A stretch of DNA of 62,917 nt, filler included, from Octopus bimaculoides (taxonomy: Eukaryota), in NCBI RefSeq assembly GCF_001194135.2. It is 4 parts of 4 records of this genome, joined end to end, with 100 filler letters (N's around TTAATTAATTAA, not from the genome) between each part and the next. Parts side by side here need not be neighbours in the genome. Positions count along the whole stretch, not along the records: positions 33,276 to 47,844 come from NC_068984.1; positions 47,945 to 62,917 come from NC_068994.1; 2 more parts are not named here. One strand, given 5' to 3'. This document shows, piece after piece, positions 39,277-51,922 of this stretch (the stretch's first letter is position 1; every line of letters begins with the position of its first letter). The notes beneath the pieces are model-generated. The model ran no database searches. It was not told where the DNA came from and saw only the letters and a program-made list of their open reading frames with translations. Position numbers and translations under genes: made by a program.

Positions 39277-40688
39277 AACGGGCATATGAATATGCATGTT
39301 TGTGAGTGAGTGTGCGTTTGTGTGTGTATGTGCTTGAGAGGGAGAGCGTGTATACGTTTGTCTGTGTATATATATACNNNNNNNNNNNNNNNNNNNNNNN
39401 NNNNNNNNNNNNNNNNNNNNNNNNNNNNNNNNNNNNNNNNNNNNNNNNNNNNNNNNNNNNNNNNNNNNNNNNNNNNNNNNNNNNNNNNNNNNNNNNNNNN
39501 NNNNNNNNNNNNNNNNNNNNNNNNNNNNNNNNNNNNNNNNNNNNNNNNNNNNNNNNNNNNNNNNNNNNNNNNNNNNNNNNNNNNNNNNNNNNNNNNNNNN
39601 NNNNNNNNNNNNNNNNNNNNNNNNNNNNNNNNNNNNNNNNNNNNNNNNNNNNNNNNNNNNNNNNNTGGGGGTTCAACCCACTAAGGGATAGTATCTATCC
39701 AGTATACTGCTGGGAGGGTACCCGATTATTGCTACACTAGTGCTATACTAGGTGCAATCAATGGGAGCGGGTAAAAGTGGAGGTTTTACCCAAAATTTGT
39801 GTAACAATATATATGCATACATACATATATGTAACATATGGGTGGATGCGCGCGCATGAGTGTCTTGACTATGACTTTATACTGCATCCGTTGATTCAGT
39901 ACGTGAGTTCCAGGGTTTTGAAAGAATGCAACCATTTCGTACCTATCATTGTTCCCAGATTCCCAGAACTACTTTGATTCGGATTAGTGACACCTAGCAG
40001 GATCCCAACTATGGCTTAAATAGCATGTAACCATTAAAATTTGTGTATGCAGCATGGTGGATGTGAAATATTTCGGCAAATCAATGACGAATTTCACTAA
40101 ATGCTGAAAGGGTGACCATGCAACAGACCATCAAAGGCGAGTTTAAATTAGCCAACTACGGCTATCATCTGTGATATTTCTTGCTAGCGAAAGACCCATT
40201 TGACTAAAAATACCAAACCAGATTTTAATGCCGCATCGCTCGATCCCGTTACCTGGCGTTGAAGAGTTGTAATGATCGAAGCAAGTCGTTCGACCAGATG
40301 ATGTTGTTGATGATGAGGAGGAGGAAGAGTATATACATATATAAATATATACATACAACATCAAGAGTAGTTACTGGAAAACAGGAAAAGAAATCAACAG
40401 AACAACAATCTTCTCGCAAACCACCGCTGTCAGTATTGTTATTTCTCAACTAGATCATGTGCTGGGTTAATATGTCATACTTATATCCTTATTGCTTTTG
40501 GTGGCCTAAGGACTCACATGTGTAGGGAATGAATCGTAAACATTGGTGAATGGTAGTAATAGTAACTTGAGTGTGTTGTTGATTGTTTATTCGGTTGGAT
40601 TTGTTTTACTGTCTTCTCATTAAACACTCATACATCACCTTCGATAGGAGAGCCCCTCACATTCATATATACATACACACACATACAT

Positions 40689-40756
<68 letters not shown>

Positions 40757-40762
40757 GTTAAC

Positions 40763-40797
<35 letters not shown>

Positions 40798-41660
40798 CTG
40801 ATATCACGACGCAGTATGAATCAGAGGGAATGAAAAAAGCTAAATATTACAAGGCCCGCTCTGTACTTGTGATGTGTCAAAAGAAATAGAGTGTAAGTTT
40901 TTTGACCGCTCCTTAAAGGTGGCATACTCGACTTCCTTCCTCCAATGAGTAACATAGAATATTCAGCTAATATTTAAAAGCAGCTATAAATTAGGTGATC
41001 ACTGTGCTGAATAGCTTCATTTGCATACTTGNNNNNNNNNNAATTCTCTTATACACCAGATGTGCCATCAAAACTCTTGATTGGACCATGTCAGGTGGGG
41101 GAGAAGAGCCATGGAAGGAACGTGAAAATCACGGTGGTGCACCAGCATGACCGCAGCCACTTGGCTGAAACACATAAATAAATAAATAAATATAAATGTA
41201 TAAGTATATGTATGTATGTATGTATGTACGTAAGTATGTATGTGTGTATGTATGTATGTATGTATGTATGCATGTATGTATGGTCGTATGTATGTATGTA
41301 AATATACATATACATTACAGGCAAGCATCTTTTATAACTATTCTTATTTCAAATAAACAAGATTGGTAGGGGGCATTCTGGGTGTTGTTAATGATGACGA
41401 CCATGGTAGTAGTGATGGTGGTGGTGGTGGTGGTGGTGATGACGATGATGACAGCGACAGTGATAATTGCGATGTCACCAATACAGCAGATATGCAATAG
41501 ATTCATCCAGAAAAGAGCATTATTATTACTGATATGCGAATCATTCGACCACGGTAGTGGTTGAATATATTCCTAAGTCCACAATTTCCTCAATCGCAGC
41601 AGCTTCCAAGCCCCACCACTAATTCAGTTCTCAACTAAATTGCAAACTCTCAACAGTTTT

Positions 41661-41697
<37 letters not shown>

Positions 41698-42432
41698 NNN
41701 NNNNNNNNNNNNNNNNNNNNNNNNNNNNNNNNNNNNNNNNNNNNNNNNNNNNNNNNNNNNNNNNNNNNNNNNNNNNNNNNNNNNNNNNNNNNNNNNNNNN
41801 NNNNNNNNNNNNNNNNNNNNNNNNNNNNNNNNNNNNNNNNNNNNNNNNNNNNNNNNNNNNNNNNNNNNNNNNNNNNNNNNNNNNNNNNNNNNNNNNNNNN
41901 NNNNNNNNNNNNNNNNNNNNNNNNNNNNNNNNNNNNNNNNNNNNNNNNNNNNNNNNNNNNNNNNNNNNNNNNNNNNNNNNNNNNNNNNNNNNNNNNNNNN
42001 NNNNNNNNNNNNNNNNNNNNNNNNNNNNNNNNNNNNNNNNNNNNNNNNNNNNNNNNNNNNNNNNNNNNNNNNNNNNNNNNNNNNNNNNNNNNNNNNNNNN
42101 NNNNNNNNNNNNNNNNNNNNNNNNNNNNNNNNNNNNNNNNNNNNNNNNNNNNNNNNNNNNNNNNNNNNNNNNNNNNNNNNNNNNNNNNNNNNNNNNNNNN
42201 NNNNNNNNNNNNNNNNNNNNNNNNNNNNNNNNNNNNNNNNNNNNNNNNNNNNNNNNNNNNNNNNNNNNNNNNNNNNNNNNNNNNNNNNNNNNNNNNNNNN
42301 NNNNNNNNNNNNNNNNNNNNNNNNNNNNNNNNNNNNNNNNNNNNNNNNNNNNNNNNNNNNNNNNNNNNNNNNNNNNNNNNNNNNNNNNNNNNNNNNNNNN
42401 NNNNNNTATATATATATATATATATATATATA

Positions 42433-43054
42433 CTGAAAGCGGAGACAGACTCCTCCTCACCATCCCTAGAATCAGTAGACTAGACTAGTTTCGCCTATTT
42501 CATAGGCATCATGGGTAGTGATTACTCAAACAGTCGATGGTTTAGCTAAATCATCTGCAAGTATGTATATTTTTGCCATAAAACTTTATGGCTGATTTAG
42601 TGAAACGCTAATGCGTATATTAAAAATTAATATAAACTGCCAAGCGCAATATAATACCGTAACGGAAAATTTTTATCATTAAATGTGACTCCGTTTGGTT
42701 AAGCTAGAAATAAGAGTTAAAGTCTCTTACAGCTGTAAGAAGAATGCAAAATATATACACTGACATAAAAGATAACCGTCCCTTGGCCTTCACTAGAATC
42801 ACTAGACTAGACTAGTTTCGACTGTTTCGTAGGTACTATCAGTATTGTTTATATTAATTTTTAAATACGCATTAGCATTTCACTAAATCAGTCATACGTT
42901 GTTATGGTAAAAGCATATATACACAGGCTGATGATTTAGCCAAACCATCGACCATTTAAGTAGTCGCTACAAATGATGCTTATAAAATAGGTGAAACTAG
43001 GCTAGTCTAGTGATTCGAGAGACGGCCTTGTGGTGGTTATCTCCTCTGTCAGTG
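42433..43054. mobile_element. Long-TIR foldback/MITE, TA-flanked (Tc1-like CACTG ends)
   Basis: 42469-42640 is the reverse complement of 42843-43018 (about 75-80% by eye). Termini (c)actga.ag.ggaga.a; a third partial terminus lies at ~42758-42835. Confidence 0.8.
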
Positions 43055-43145
43055 TATATATATATTGCACACTTCTTAATAGTCTTTAACTATTACTTCT
43101 TGCATAGGCACCATCAGTCATACTTATTGATAGTAATACATACAT

Positions 43146-43188
<43 letters not shown>

Positions 43189-44368
43189 NNNNNNNNNNNN
43201 NNNNNNNNNNNNNNNNNNNNNNNNNNNNNNNNNNNNNNNNNNNNNNNNNNNNNNNNNNNNNNNNNNNNNNNNNNNNNNNNNNNNNNNNNNNNNNNNNNNN
43301 NNNNNNNNNNNNNNNNNNNNNNNNNNNNNNNNNNNNNNNNNNNNNNNNNNNNNNNNNNNNNNNNNNNNNNNNNNNNNNNNNNNNNNNNNNNNNNNNNNNN
43401 NNNNNNNNNNNNNNNNNNNNNNNNNNNNNNNNNNNNNNNNNNNNNNNNNNNNNNNNNNNNNNNNNNNNNNNNNNNNNNNNNNNNNNNNNNNNNNNNNNNN
43501 NNNNNNNNNNNNNNNNNNNNNNNNNNNNNNNNNNNNNNNNNNNNNNNNNNNNNNNNNNNNNNNNNNNNNNNNNNNNNNNNNNNNNNNNNNNNNNNNNNNN
43601 NNNNNNNNNNNNNNNNNNNNNNNNNNNNNNNNNNNNNNNNNNNNNNNNNNNNNNNNNNNNNNNNNNNNNNNNNNNNNNNNNNNNNNNNNNNNNNNNNNNN
43701 NNNNNNNNNNNNNNNNNNNNNNNNNNNNNNNNNNNNTATATATGTATCTATCTATCTACCTACCTATGTATCTCTCTCTCTCTATATATGTATATATATA
43801 TATATATATATATAATGTGGGTGAATGTGTGGGGTGTATGTATGTGTGCATGTATGCATTCATGTATGTATGTATATATGTATGTATGTATGTATGTATG
43901 TGTGTGTATATATGTATGTATGTATGCATTCATGTATGTATGTATGTATGTATGTATGTATAGTGAAGGTGAGGGGCCTAGAAATTATGCGTTCTGTCGT
44001 CTTTTCGAGAAAAGCATTCCATTTCATGTTGCTCTGTAATCTCTTTGACATGTAACGTGTGGTACATCGTGCACCTGAAAAGGCTGTGTCGATTTAATAG
44101 AGAGAGTGACATATTGTACCGCACAAACATTTCATCATTATAAGCAAATAATATGTGGACCTTGTTCAACAATCCAGCAGATAGATACATACATACATAC
44201 ATACATAAATATGACAAGCTTTATGTACATCCAACTTAACGAAGTTATTGTCTTAGAACCCCAAATACTGTGTTATTTACCTCGAGAGAATTTCTCGTAT
44301 GGACGCATGTTGCATAAAATCACTCATATATTGTTAGCAGACGAACATCTTCTATTACGGGTGCCGAA

Positions 44369-44415
44369 ACTACTAGATTAATGGTTTCACCGTATTTTGG
44401 GCTCCTCAGTGGCAG
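44369..44415 (-). pseudogene. Degenerate inverted copy of the same hammerhead motif
   Basis: Reverse complement reads CTGCCA-CTGAGGA-GCC-caaaatac-GGT-GAAA-ccattaatc-tagtag and aligns to 44566-44611. It retains the G at the first stem II position. Confidence 0.55.
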
Positions 44416-44565
44416 ACATAACAGCTGAATCTCAATGTCAACGTTATATAAAATGTCAGTGTTTATTAACTGATGTCAACAATGGCCAACGGGTTTATTA
44501 AAAAGTAATTAATAGCAACTGAAGCAGTATTAACAATGAGATACTGTAATGTCGATACCGGACAT

Positions 44566-44611
44566 CTGCCACTGATGATCCAAGGCACGGCGAAATCTCG
44601 TGATCTGGCAG
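44566..44611 (+). ncRNA. Type I hammerhead ribozyme motif (near-canonical)
   Basis: CTGCCA-CTGATGA-tCC-aaggcac-GGc-GAAA-TC-tcgt-GA-TC-TGGCAG: 6-bp stem I, intact CUGAUGA and GAAA cores, 3-bp stem III, AUC cleavage triplet. Only the first stem II pair is broken (T:C instead of G:C). Confidence 0.72.
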
Positions 44612-44914
44612 TTTCGCCGCCCGTAGCTGACTATTCTCGTCTGCCAACGATGTCTGTGTGTGTTTGTGCGTGTGTGAGTGTGTGTGTGTGTGCACGCGCG
44701 TGTTCGTGTTTGTGTGTATGTGTACGTAAATGTCGAACAATGAAAATGAGTGCTCGACACTGCATTGGTGGATAAAATTTCTTTATTTGTGAATTAAGGC
44801 TACCATTGGTTTCATGCTAAGAAAAATAGAAAAATATCTTTATATCGTAACAATTTTTTCAGAAAGACACAACGTGCAAGAACACAATGCGCAAGAATAC
44901 AACGCGCAAAACCT

Positions 44915-45165
44915 AGCGGTTTGACGTGTTGCACATGCAATCTGGAGATAGTCGTTTCGAATCCCAGACCCGCTGCGCGTTGTGTTCTTGTGCAAAATCC
45001 TTCGCTTTACGATGCTCCAGTCTGCTTAGCTGTAAATTGGTAATCTTACGAGCGAGTGGCCTTCCGTTCAAGGAGAATGTTGGCCAGATCGCCTAGCCAG
45101 CAGGACAGTATAATTCGAAAAGTAAAACAATACAAAGCGCATTGTAACCAGTAATGTATAACAAC
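44915..45165 (+). mobile_element. Degenerate tRNA-derived SINE
   Basis: B-box-like gtttcgaatccc, then ttgtgttcttgtgcaa...ctccagtctgcttagctgtaaattgg. Confidence 0.55.
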
Positions 45166-45558
45166 ATCCGATAGTCTGGTTGATCACGATCACGTGATAT
45201 ATAATGCACAAGGGAAATTAAATATTAGAAAGTCTTGCTGTGAGCGAAATAACTAAAATGTAAACACATCCCTTCTATATTTGTGATGTTCAGAAAAATA
45301 GTGGGGAGTCTTTTGAACGTAACTCGAAGATGGCCAACTCAACTTAATTCCACAATGTGTAGCATAGAATATTCATCAACCATGTAAAGCAGCTATAATG
45401 AAGCGATCACTGTGTAGGGTAGCTTCATTTGCATAAATAGGCTTTTGACGGTTCATCATCGATAAAGCAATAGCATATATTTTATGCTCAAAACAGCGCG
45501 TGATTTATTTCAGCCCTTCATACATTTATACATATACATAAGTATGCAAATATGAAAG

Positions 45559-45599
<41 letters not shown>

Positions 45600-46345
45600 G
45601 GGCAGGGAATCGTCAATTAGTAATAAAATTATATNNNNNNNNNNNNNNNNNNNNNNNNNNNNNNNNNNNNNNNNNNNNNNNNNNNNNNNNNNNNNNNNNN
45701 NNNNNNNNNNNNNNNNNNNNNNNNNNNNNNNNNNNNNNNNNNNNNNNNNNNNNNNNNNNNNNNNNNNNNNNNNNNTATATATACACATACACATACATAC
45801 GTACTTACGTACGAACATGCATACATACATACATACATACATACATACATACATACATACATACATACGTGTATCATGCCCATTCATGTTTTATAGCTAT
45901 TTTCATTTTCATCTAATAAACATATAGGGCATTCATGATTGTGACAGGAAAAACTGTTGTTGTTTTTATTGCTCTTGTTGTTTTTGTTGTTGGTGATGAT
46001 CATAGTGGTAGTAATGGTGGTGGTGATGGTGGTGGTGGTGGGGTGAGGGTGATTATAATGATATTGATGGCGATACTTGTGGTGTCACTAATATGCAAAC
46101 AAAAAAATATCAATAGCTTCATAAAAAAGTATGATTTTCATTGTAATGTTTCTTAAATGTGTTAATCTATGCACGCACGCACACACACATACACAGCAAA
46201 TTACGAATATATGTATATATATACGCATGTGTAAATAAGATCCAATATAACTATATATATATTTGCTTCCATAGAAGATATCTACATTGGTTACCTCTCT
46301 ATCAACCTTATCTAAAAAATATAGATGTATATTCATATATATATA

Positions 46346-46391
<46 letters not shown>

Positions 46392-47776
46392 TATTTGCGT
46401 GTGTGTGTGTATGTATTTATATGTATATATGCATACATACATATACATATGTGTATGTTGTCTTATGTACAGCAATGCATGAAGCAGAGGGCTGGAAATA
46501 AAACTAAATAGCCTTGCTGTGACAGAAGTATTTAAAATGTAAACATATTCCTTCTATGTAAAGCAGGAACAGAGAGTAGGAAATCTTCTAACTGCTCAGA
46601 ACGTAAAGACATGTAAAAATGCCACTAAGCATTTGCTCAGCATGCTAGCAATTCTGCTAACTCGCCACTTTGTTCATTACATACAATATTAGTGGATACA
46701 TATCGAGCCGATCGTTAGAAAGCGAAATACTTCAATAAAGGTGTTCCATAATACATTAAAACCCCAAGCAAAAATTATTTAAACAGCATGATGAAATATC
46801 AAACAATGAATAAACAGAAATAACAAGTAATCTGCTTTAATCCTACTCATAATTTAAAAGCATCTGCAAATGTAGTAAGTGTTATTCATATGATTGAAGA
46901 GAATACATTTTCACACTGCACCCAATTATCGCTAAATCTTCAATAAAATATCCATTACGTTTAGCTACAGATGTGAAGAAAATATAGGACTACAATCTCG
47001 AAGCAAAACTAAATATTCATAAATACCACGCGAGCAAGCTTACCTGAATGTAGTTCTATAAACATCACTAGCTGCTCACAAGAGAAAAAGAAAAAGCCAA
47101 TCGAAAGAAATAGTATACAGTGCAGACGTAGAATTATTAAACGGTAAAGTTCTAAATCAGATTAATTACAAACTTTTCTAAAGAGCCACACACACATCAC
47201 ACCCATTCCTTTAAATGCAAAAAGTAAGAAAAATTTTACCTCACCTTCTGAGTAATGTTTTAAGGGAGAGAGAATACATATTTAAAATTAATTGTAATAT
47301 TGTTCTGAAAGCAAAGGAATACTTGTTGTCATATATATATATACAATCAACAATATTAAGATCTCACCCAGTCGGTGACATCACGAATATAGAAGAAACA
47401 TTTCTTTTTTTCTCCTCTTGAAACCCTGCGAGCTTTTATAAAGCAAACTGGTTGAATATAAATCGACATTTGTGGAGTGAGTTACTCACTACTCAATACT
47501 TCAACCAGAATTTGAATTTATATTGAGTGCGGTTCAACCGTGTCCCTTAAGAAGAAAATTCCATCTTTTTTTTACGATAATTATTATTCAGTTGCAAATC
47601 TAAGCCTTACGCCATTTAGGTGAGATTCACGTGGCTTATCTTGACTAGTAAGCAATGATCATTTGGCGTCATCATTTCATACTCGAATAATTTTTTCTAT
47701 TACGTCTCAACCATTTACCATCTCCACGATACAGAAATTGTGAAACTCAGAGTAACAGTACAAGATACAAAGTAAA

Positions 47777-47844
<68 letters not shown>

Positions 47845-47944
47845 NNNNNNNNNNNNNNNNNNNNNNNNNNNNNNNNNNNNNNNNNNNNTTAATTAATTAA
47901 NNNNNNNNNNNNNNNNNNNNNNNNNNNNNNNNNNNNNNNNNNNN
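47845..47944. other. Artificial assembly spacer N44-TTAATTAATTAA-N44
   Basis: As at 24573-24672. Confidence 0.95.
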
Positions 47945-48024
47945 CAGTCCTCAGTCAAATCGTCCAACCCATGCTAGCATGGAAAGCGGACGTTAAACAA
48001 CGATGATGATGATGATGATGATGA
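47945..48024 (+). mobile_element. RTE 3' tail
   Basis: cagtcctcagtcaaatcgtccaaccc...ggacgttaaac..(gat)n matches 27671-27738. Confidence 0.85.
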
Positions 48025-48027
48025 TAA

Positions 48028-48078
<51 letters not shown>

Positions 48079-48080
48079 CA

Positions 48081-48910
48081 CATGGTGCAGTTTATGTCAT
48101 CTAAATTACACAAAATGAAAGTAACACTGACATCTCATTTTAACAGATATATTTACCAAAATTACATAAAAATATCTTGAAATACTAAAGAGCAAATTTA
48201 TTCAATAAAATCGCCATTGGTTTCAACAACCTCCAGTTGACTTCAGAATCTCCTGCAACTCTTCTGAATGCTCTCCTTGTTTAAGTTGGTGAATGCTGCC
48301 ATAATCCTTGCCTTCAATTCATCTTTGTTATTAAAAGGAATTTTGTTGATCTCACACTCAACTGCACTCCACACAATAATCAAGGGAGTTAGGTGGCCAG
48401 ATGTTAGGGGTGATGTGGTCACAGAAATTGTCTGACAGCTATGACTGGGTTCTCCAGCTTGTGCGGCATGGTGCAGAGTCCTGTTGCCAGACATAGGGTC
48501 TTCCGGCAGCCACCCTCTTAACCCAGGGCAGCACTACCTCCTCCAGGCACTTGATGTAGGGCACTGTGTGGGAAGATGAAAGAGGCATAATGTCACCATC
48601 ACTAATGATCACCCCACAGGATGTTTGATTTTTATCACTTTCGGTACATGTCTTCAGATTGCACTGTCCTCAGATTGACACCCAAACACTCTGAAATGTT
48701 TGTATTGGAGCTTTTGGTGTGAATGCCAGGCAGTACAGCATGTCATTTGCAAATTTCTGGCTGAGGGAATTGCGCCATGGGGCTGTTTTTCTCACAGATG
48801 GTGTCCAACTGACCCTACCATACTGTGTAGTCGACAAAAATCAAAAACAAACAATGCGCATGTGCAAAATTAAAAGTATAAAATGGTGACAATTTACCAA
48901 TTGCACCCTG
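48081..48910 (-). mobile_element. Internally deleted maT-like Tc1/mariner element
   Basis: Ends ca(g/t)ggtgca, with TA after 48910. N-terminal TNISECLGVNLRTVQ and C-terminal YIKCLEEVVLPWVKRVAAGRPYVWQQDSAP...WPPNS...ELKARIMAAF. Confidence 0.85.
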
Positions 48911-48918
48911 TATATATA

Positions 48919-48976
<58 letters not shown>

Positions 48977-49160
48977 AAATCAGACAAGAATGTGGTGCAG
49001 CCCCTCAGCTTACCAGCCCTAAANNNNNNNNNNNNNNNNNNNNNNNNNNNNNNNNNNNNNNNNNNNNNNNNNNNNNNNNNNNNNNNNNNNNNNNNNNNNN
49101 NNNNNNNNNNNNNNNNNNNNNNNNNNNNNNNNNNNNNNNNNNNNNNNNNNNNNNNNNNNN

Positions 49161-49580
49161 CTGTAATGGAATGGCTAGCCCAATCCCTTGATTGCAATCC
49201 CATGATTGCAATCCCATTGAAACTGTGTGGGATGAATTGGATTGAAGAGTAAAGAAGCGACAACCACATAGTGCAGAAACCCTCTGAACACTCTTACAAG
49301 AGGAGTGGCAGAATATTATCAGTGAATATTTGCTTTTATTGATCAAAAGAATGCCCAGAGTATGCTCTGCAATGATTAAGGCCAAAGGTGGATATTTTGA
49401 TGAGTCTAAGATTTAGAGTTTTTCTCTGATTTTTCATAGTTTTGTTTAGTTGCTGAGTTAATTATGTCATCTAATGAATGTAACTATACATTAATAAAAT
49501 AATTCACCAGAATCTCAGTTATTTCCATTTTGTAGATGTTTTTCCAAAATAAGCTTAGGTGATCTTAATCTTTTGAACCC
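49161..49580 (+). mobile_element. Tc1 (DD34E-type) transposase C-terminus and 3' end
   Basis: VMEWLAQSLDCNPIETVWDELD...RMPRVCSAMIKAKGGYFDESKI* follows the WPxxSPDLNPIE pattern; TIR-like aatcttttgaaccc follows. Confidence 0.85.
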
Positions 49581-49739
49581 TGGGGAAATGGTGGTGGTAC
49601 CTTCACTGAGCCAATTAAAGTCAAGAATGATGTTAAACAGTGTAATCTCATGTTACCTACACTTTTTTCTATCTTCTTCTCTACAGTGCTCATTCATGCA
49701 GTCAATGACTGCAATGTAGGCATCTTCATTAGACAATGA

Positions 49740-50700
49740 TGCTCTGGAAAATTATTCAATATAAAACTCTTTACTATGAAGACCAAGTTCTTTCAGAATC
49801 TCATACACAATCTTTTAAATGTTGATGACTGTGATCTTGTAGCACATTCATTCACATGTATGCAAACTTTTATGAATAGGCTCTTGCAATCTTGTAAGGC
49901 ATTAAGGTTAATTATTAACTTCAACAAAAAGGTGGTAATGTTTCAAATAGCTCCTGCTGGGTGTAACATTGAACTATCAATTTATGTTGTTGGTCACAAA
50001 CTCAAAGTTGTTAAATTTTCAAACAAAGGAAGTAAGATCAATCAGCATAATTCACTGGATGATGGAATAGCTTCATGCACCAGAAAGGTAACTGATGCTT
50101 TTGCAAGTCTCAAAGCACATGTCTTGGATCAGAAAGGAATTAAAAATGGTAGTAAAATTACGGTATACAATGCAAGCATCCTTATGATAACTGCTTTACT
50201 CCTGTGAAACTTAGGTTGTCTACTGCAGACACCTCAAAATGTTTAGGCTTACACCCATAAATATAGACTCTACTGTATAGGTCATCTCATTTGACTACAT
50301 GGCAGCAGAATCCTTAAACAAATCCTTTATGGTGAGCTGACATCTGATATGAGACCACAACATAAACCAAAATTACGTTTTAAAGATTGTGAAAGATTCT
50401 CGGATTCAATGCAAGATTGAAACAACTGACAAGAAATAATTGGTACGCATAAAAACCAATGGTGTCAGGAAGTTTCAGGAAATCATATTAGAATGGGTTA
50501 ATGTAGAGCAAACATCCAGGAAAAGAGTACCGTCCATATTTTGAGTGTGTGGCCTCCCAAACAAGTCATCCATACAAACACACTGAAAGGTCTCAAATTG
50601 AATACAATCAATTTCTAGCAGCTAATCTGATATGCAATCTATATTGTAGGAAATTTTCCGGCTGATCTGGACTCGCGAGACACATGGAAGTATAAAATCA
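49740..50700 (+). mobile_element. RTE (BovB-like lineage) RT C-terminal relic
   Basis: ORF 49776-50207 LLNVDDCDLVAHS...LIIN...AFASLK...KITVYNA; downstream RILKQILYGEL...RFKDC and a degenerate C-terminal Cys/His finger. Confidence 0.85.
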
Positions 50701-51179
50701 AGGTGCTGTACCAAACAAGCACCTAATTACAATACATGAATACAAATACTGCATCTGCAACAAAAAATGCAATACTTATTGTCTTTAAAAAGCTATTATT
50801 GGTCCATGGTCACTGAAATAGAAGGACTCCCCCCCAATAAGATATATAGTCAGCAATGGTCATAGTTGTCTATGACAGCAATCATGTATGTATGTGTGCG
50901 CAAACAAAATCTACATGAATATTGATAACTGACAGCTTCACTTGTCACCACTTGAATGAAATGCTGATATGACATTACAACAGGTTAAAAAAATCCCTTA
51001 TTTGAAAAACTGGTAAAGGTTGGCAATAGGAAGAGTACTTGACTGTAAAATCCTGCCTCAAATAAGTCCCTATCCAATGCAGGGTAGCATGGAAAAATGG
51101 ATAATAAATGAATAACCAATAAGCACTACCACTATTGGCACCACATACAACAGAGTGAAGGTAAGTAAATTATACAAAC

Positions 51180-51275
51180 ATTTTCTTGATGCCATTCTCG
51201 TTGATCTTCTTGAGAAATTGAATACTGTTGATGAGGATGGAAGCAACCAAGTAGCCAAGACTTTCAAAGATGTAC
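51180..51275 (-). CDS. EXOC4: Exocyst complex component 4 (Sec8), internal coding exon (~96 bp)
   Basis: Acceptor acatgtacttacAG completes the AA|G Lys codon. Translates YIFESLGYLVASILINSIQFLKKINENGIKK(M), like [32 protein letters not shown]. Donor assumed to be AT|GTttgt; GTataa 4 nt further on is an alternative. Confidence 0.9.
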
Positions 51276-51803
51276 CTGTAAGTACATGTGGATTAATGAA
51301 CAAATGAAGTTGTTGAAATGAGTGAGTGATGCAGCATTGATATATGTGTATGTATGTGTGTATTGATGTATCTACAAAAGAGAGAGAGAGAGTATATAAA
51401 TTGCCTATATGGACATATATGCAATATACAAATACATACAACACACACAATTGAAAAGTACCATTTAAATGATAAGGTCTACTGAGTAGAGATAAAAATT
51501 TACTCTATAGTACCACAATGTTCCATAGAGATACACTATCAGAGTGTTCACCAAAAAGACACCGCACTATGTCCTACACTGCCCTACATGGTCACCCACA
51601 GTGTTACTATAGAGTAGTTTACTTTACATAGTGTTCAGTCAACCTTACAAAGACAGTAGTGGATAGGAACTTACAAACCATTAGAAGGCAATTTACAATA
51701 TTGATTTTTCGACAACTATATCACCTCTGTATCATGACAGTGATTTAGGGATAGCAGAGACAGAAAAAGAGTGATGAAAAAAAAAAAAAAAAGTGCAACT
51801 CAC

Positions 51804-51922
51804 TTGAATTTCTTTGGTTGTAAACTGAGTGAAAGTACTTCTTCAATGTTGGAGAGGTCCTTGTTTAGTTTGAGTACATTGGAGTCTGGATCAAGGTCAT
51901 CTATAGGTCCAGCATAGTTGGA
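51804..51922 (-). CDS. EXOC4: Exocyst complex component 4 (Sec8), internal coding exon (119 bp)
   Basis: Acceptor ttttgttataacttcAG, donor GTgagt. The only open frame is SNYAGPIDDLDPDSNVLKLNKDLSNIEEVLSLSLQPKKF, resembling vertebrate GNYA...[27 protein letters not shown]. Confidence 0.93.

Larger units (their letters stand above)
44333..44650. mobile_element. Foldback element with two inverted hammerhead-bearing arms (Penelope-pLTR- or retrozyme-like)
   Basis: 44333-~44450 aligns by eye to the reverse complement of ~44525-44650 (gttRgcagacga...tacggg..gaaactRcYagat...tttcRccgt...tcagtggcaga), roughly 70% identity. Confidence 0.6.
38560..46580 (+). repeat. Ancient diverged tandem array of kb-scale non-coding units (3-4 partial copies)
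   Basis: Homologous blocks recur in the same order: 38570/41320/45870, 38700/41390/45990, 39090/46220, 40810/45200/46470. Confidence 0.7.

Noticed and set aside
47030-47085. Minus-strand 28-bp micro-exon with good acceptor and donor (ctagtgatg...cattcag|gtaagc)
   Set aside because: No recognisable peptide, not EXOC4-like, and expected by chance in AT-rich DNA.
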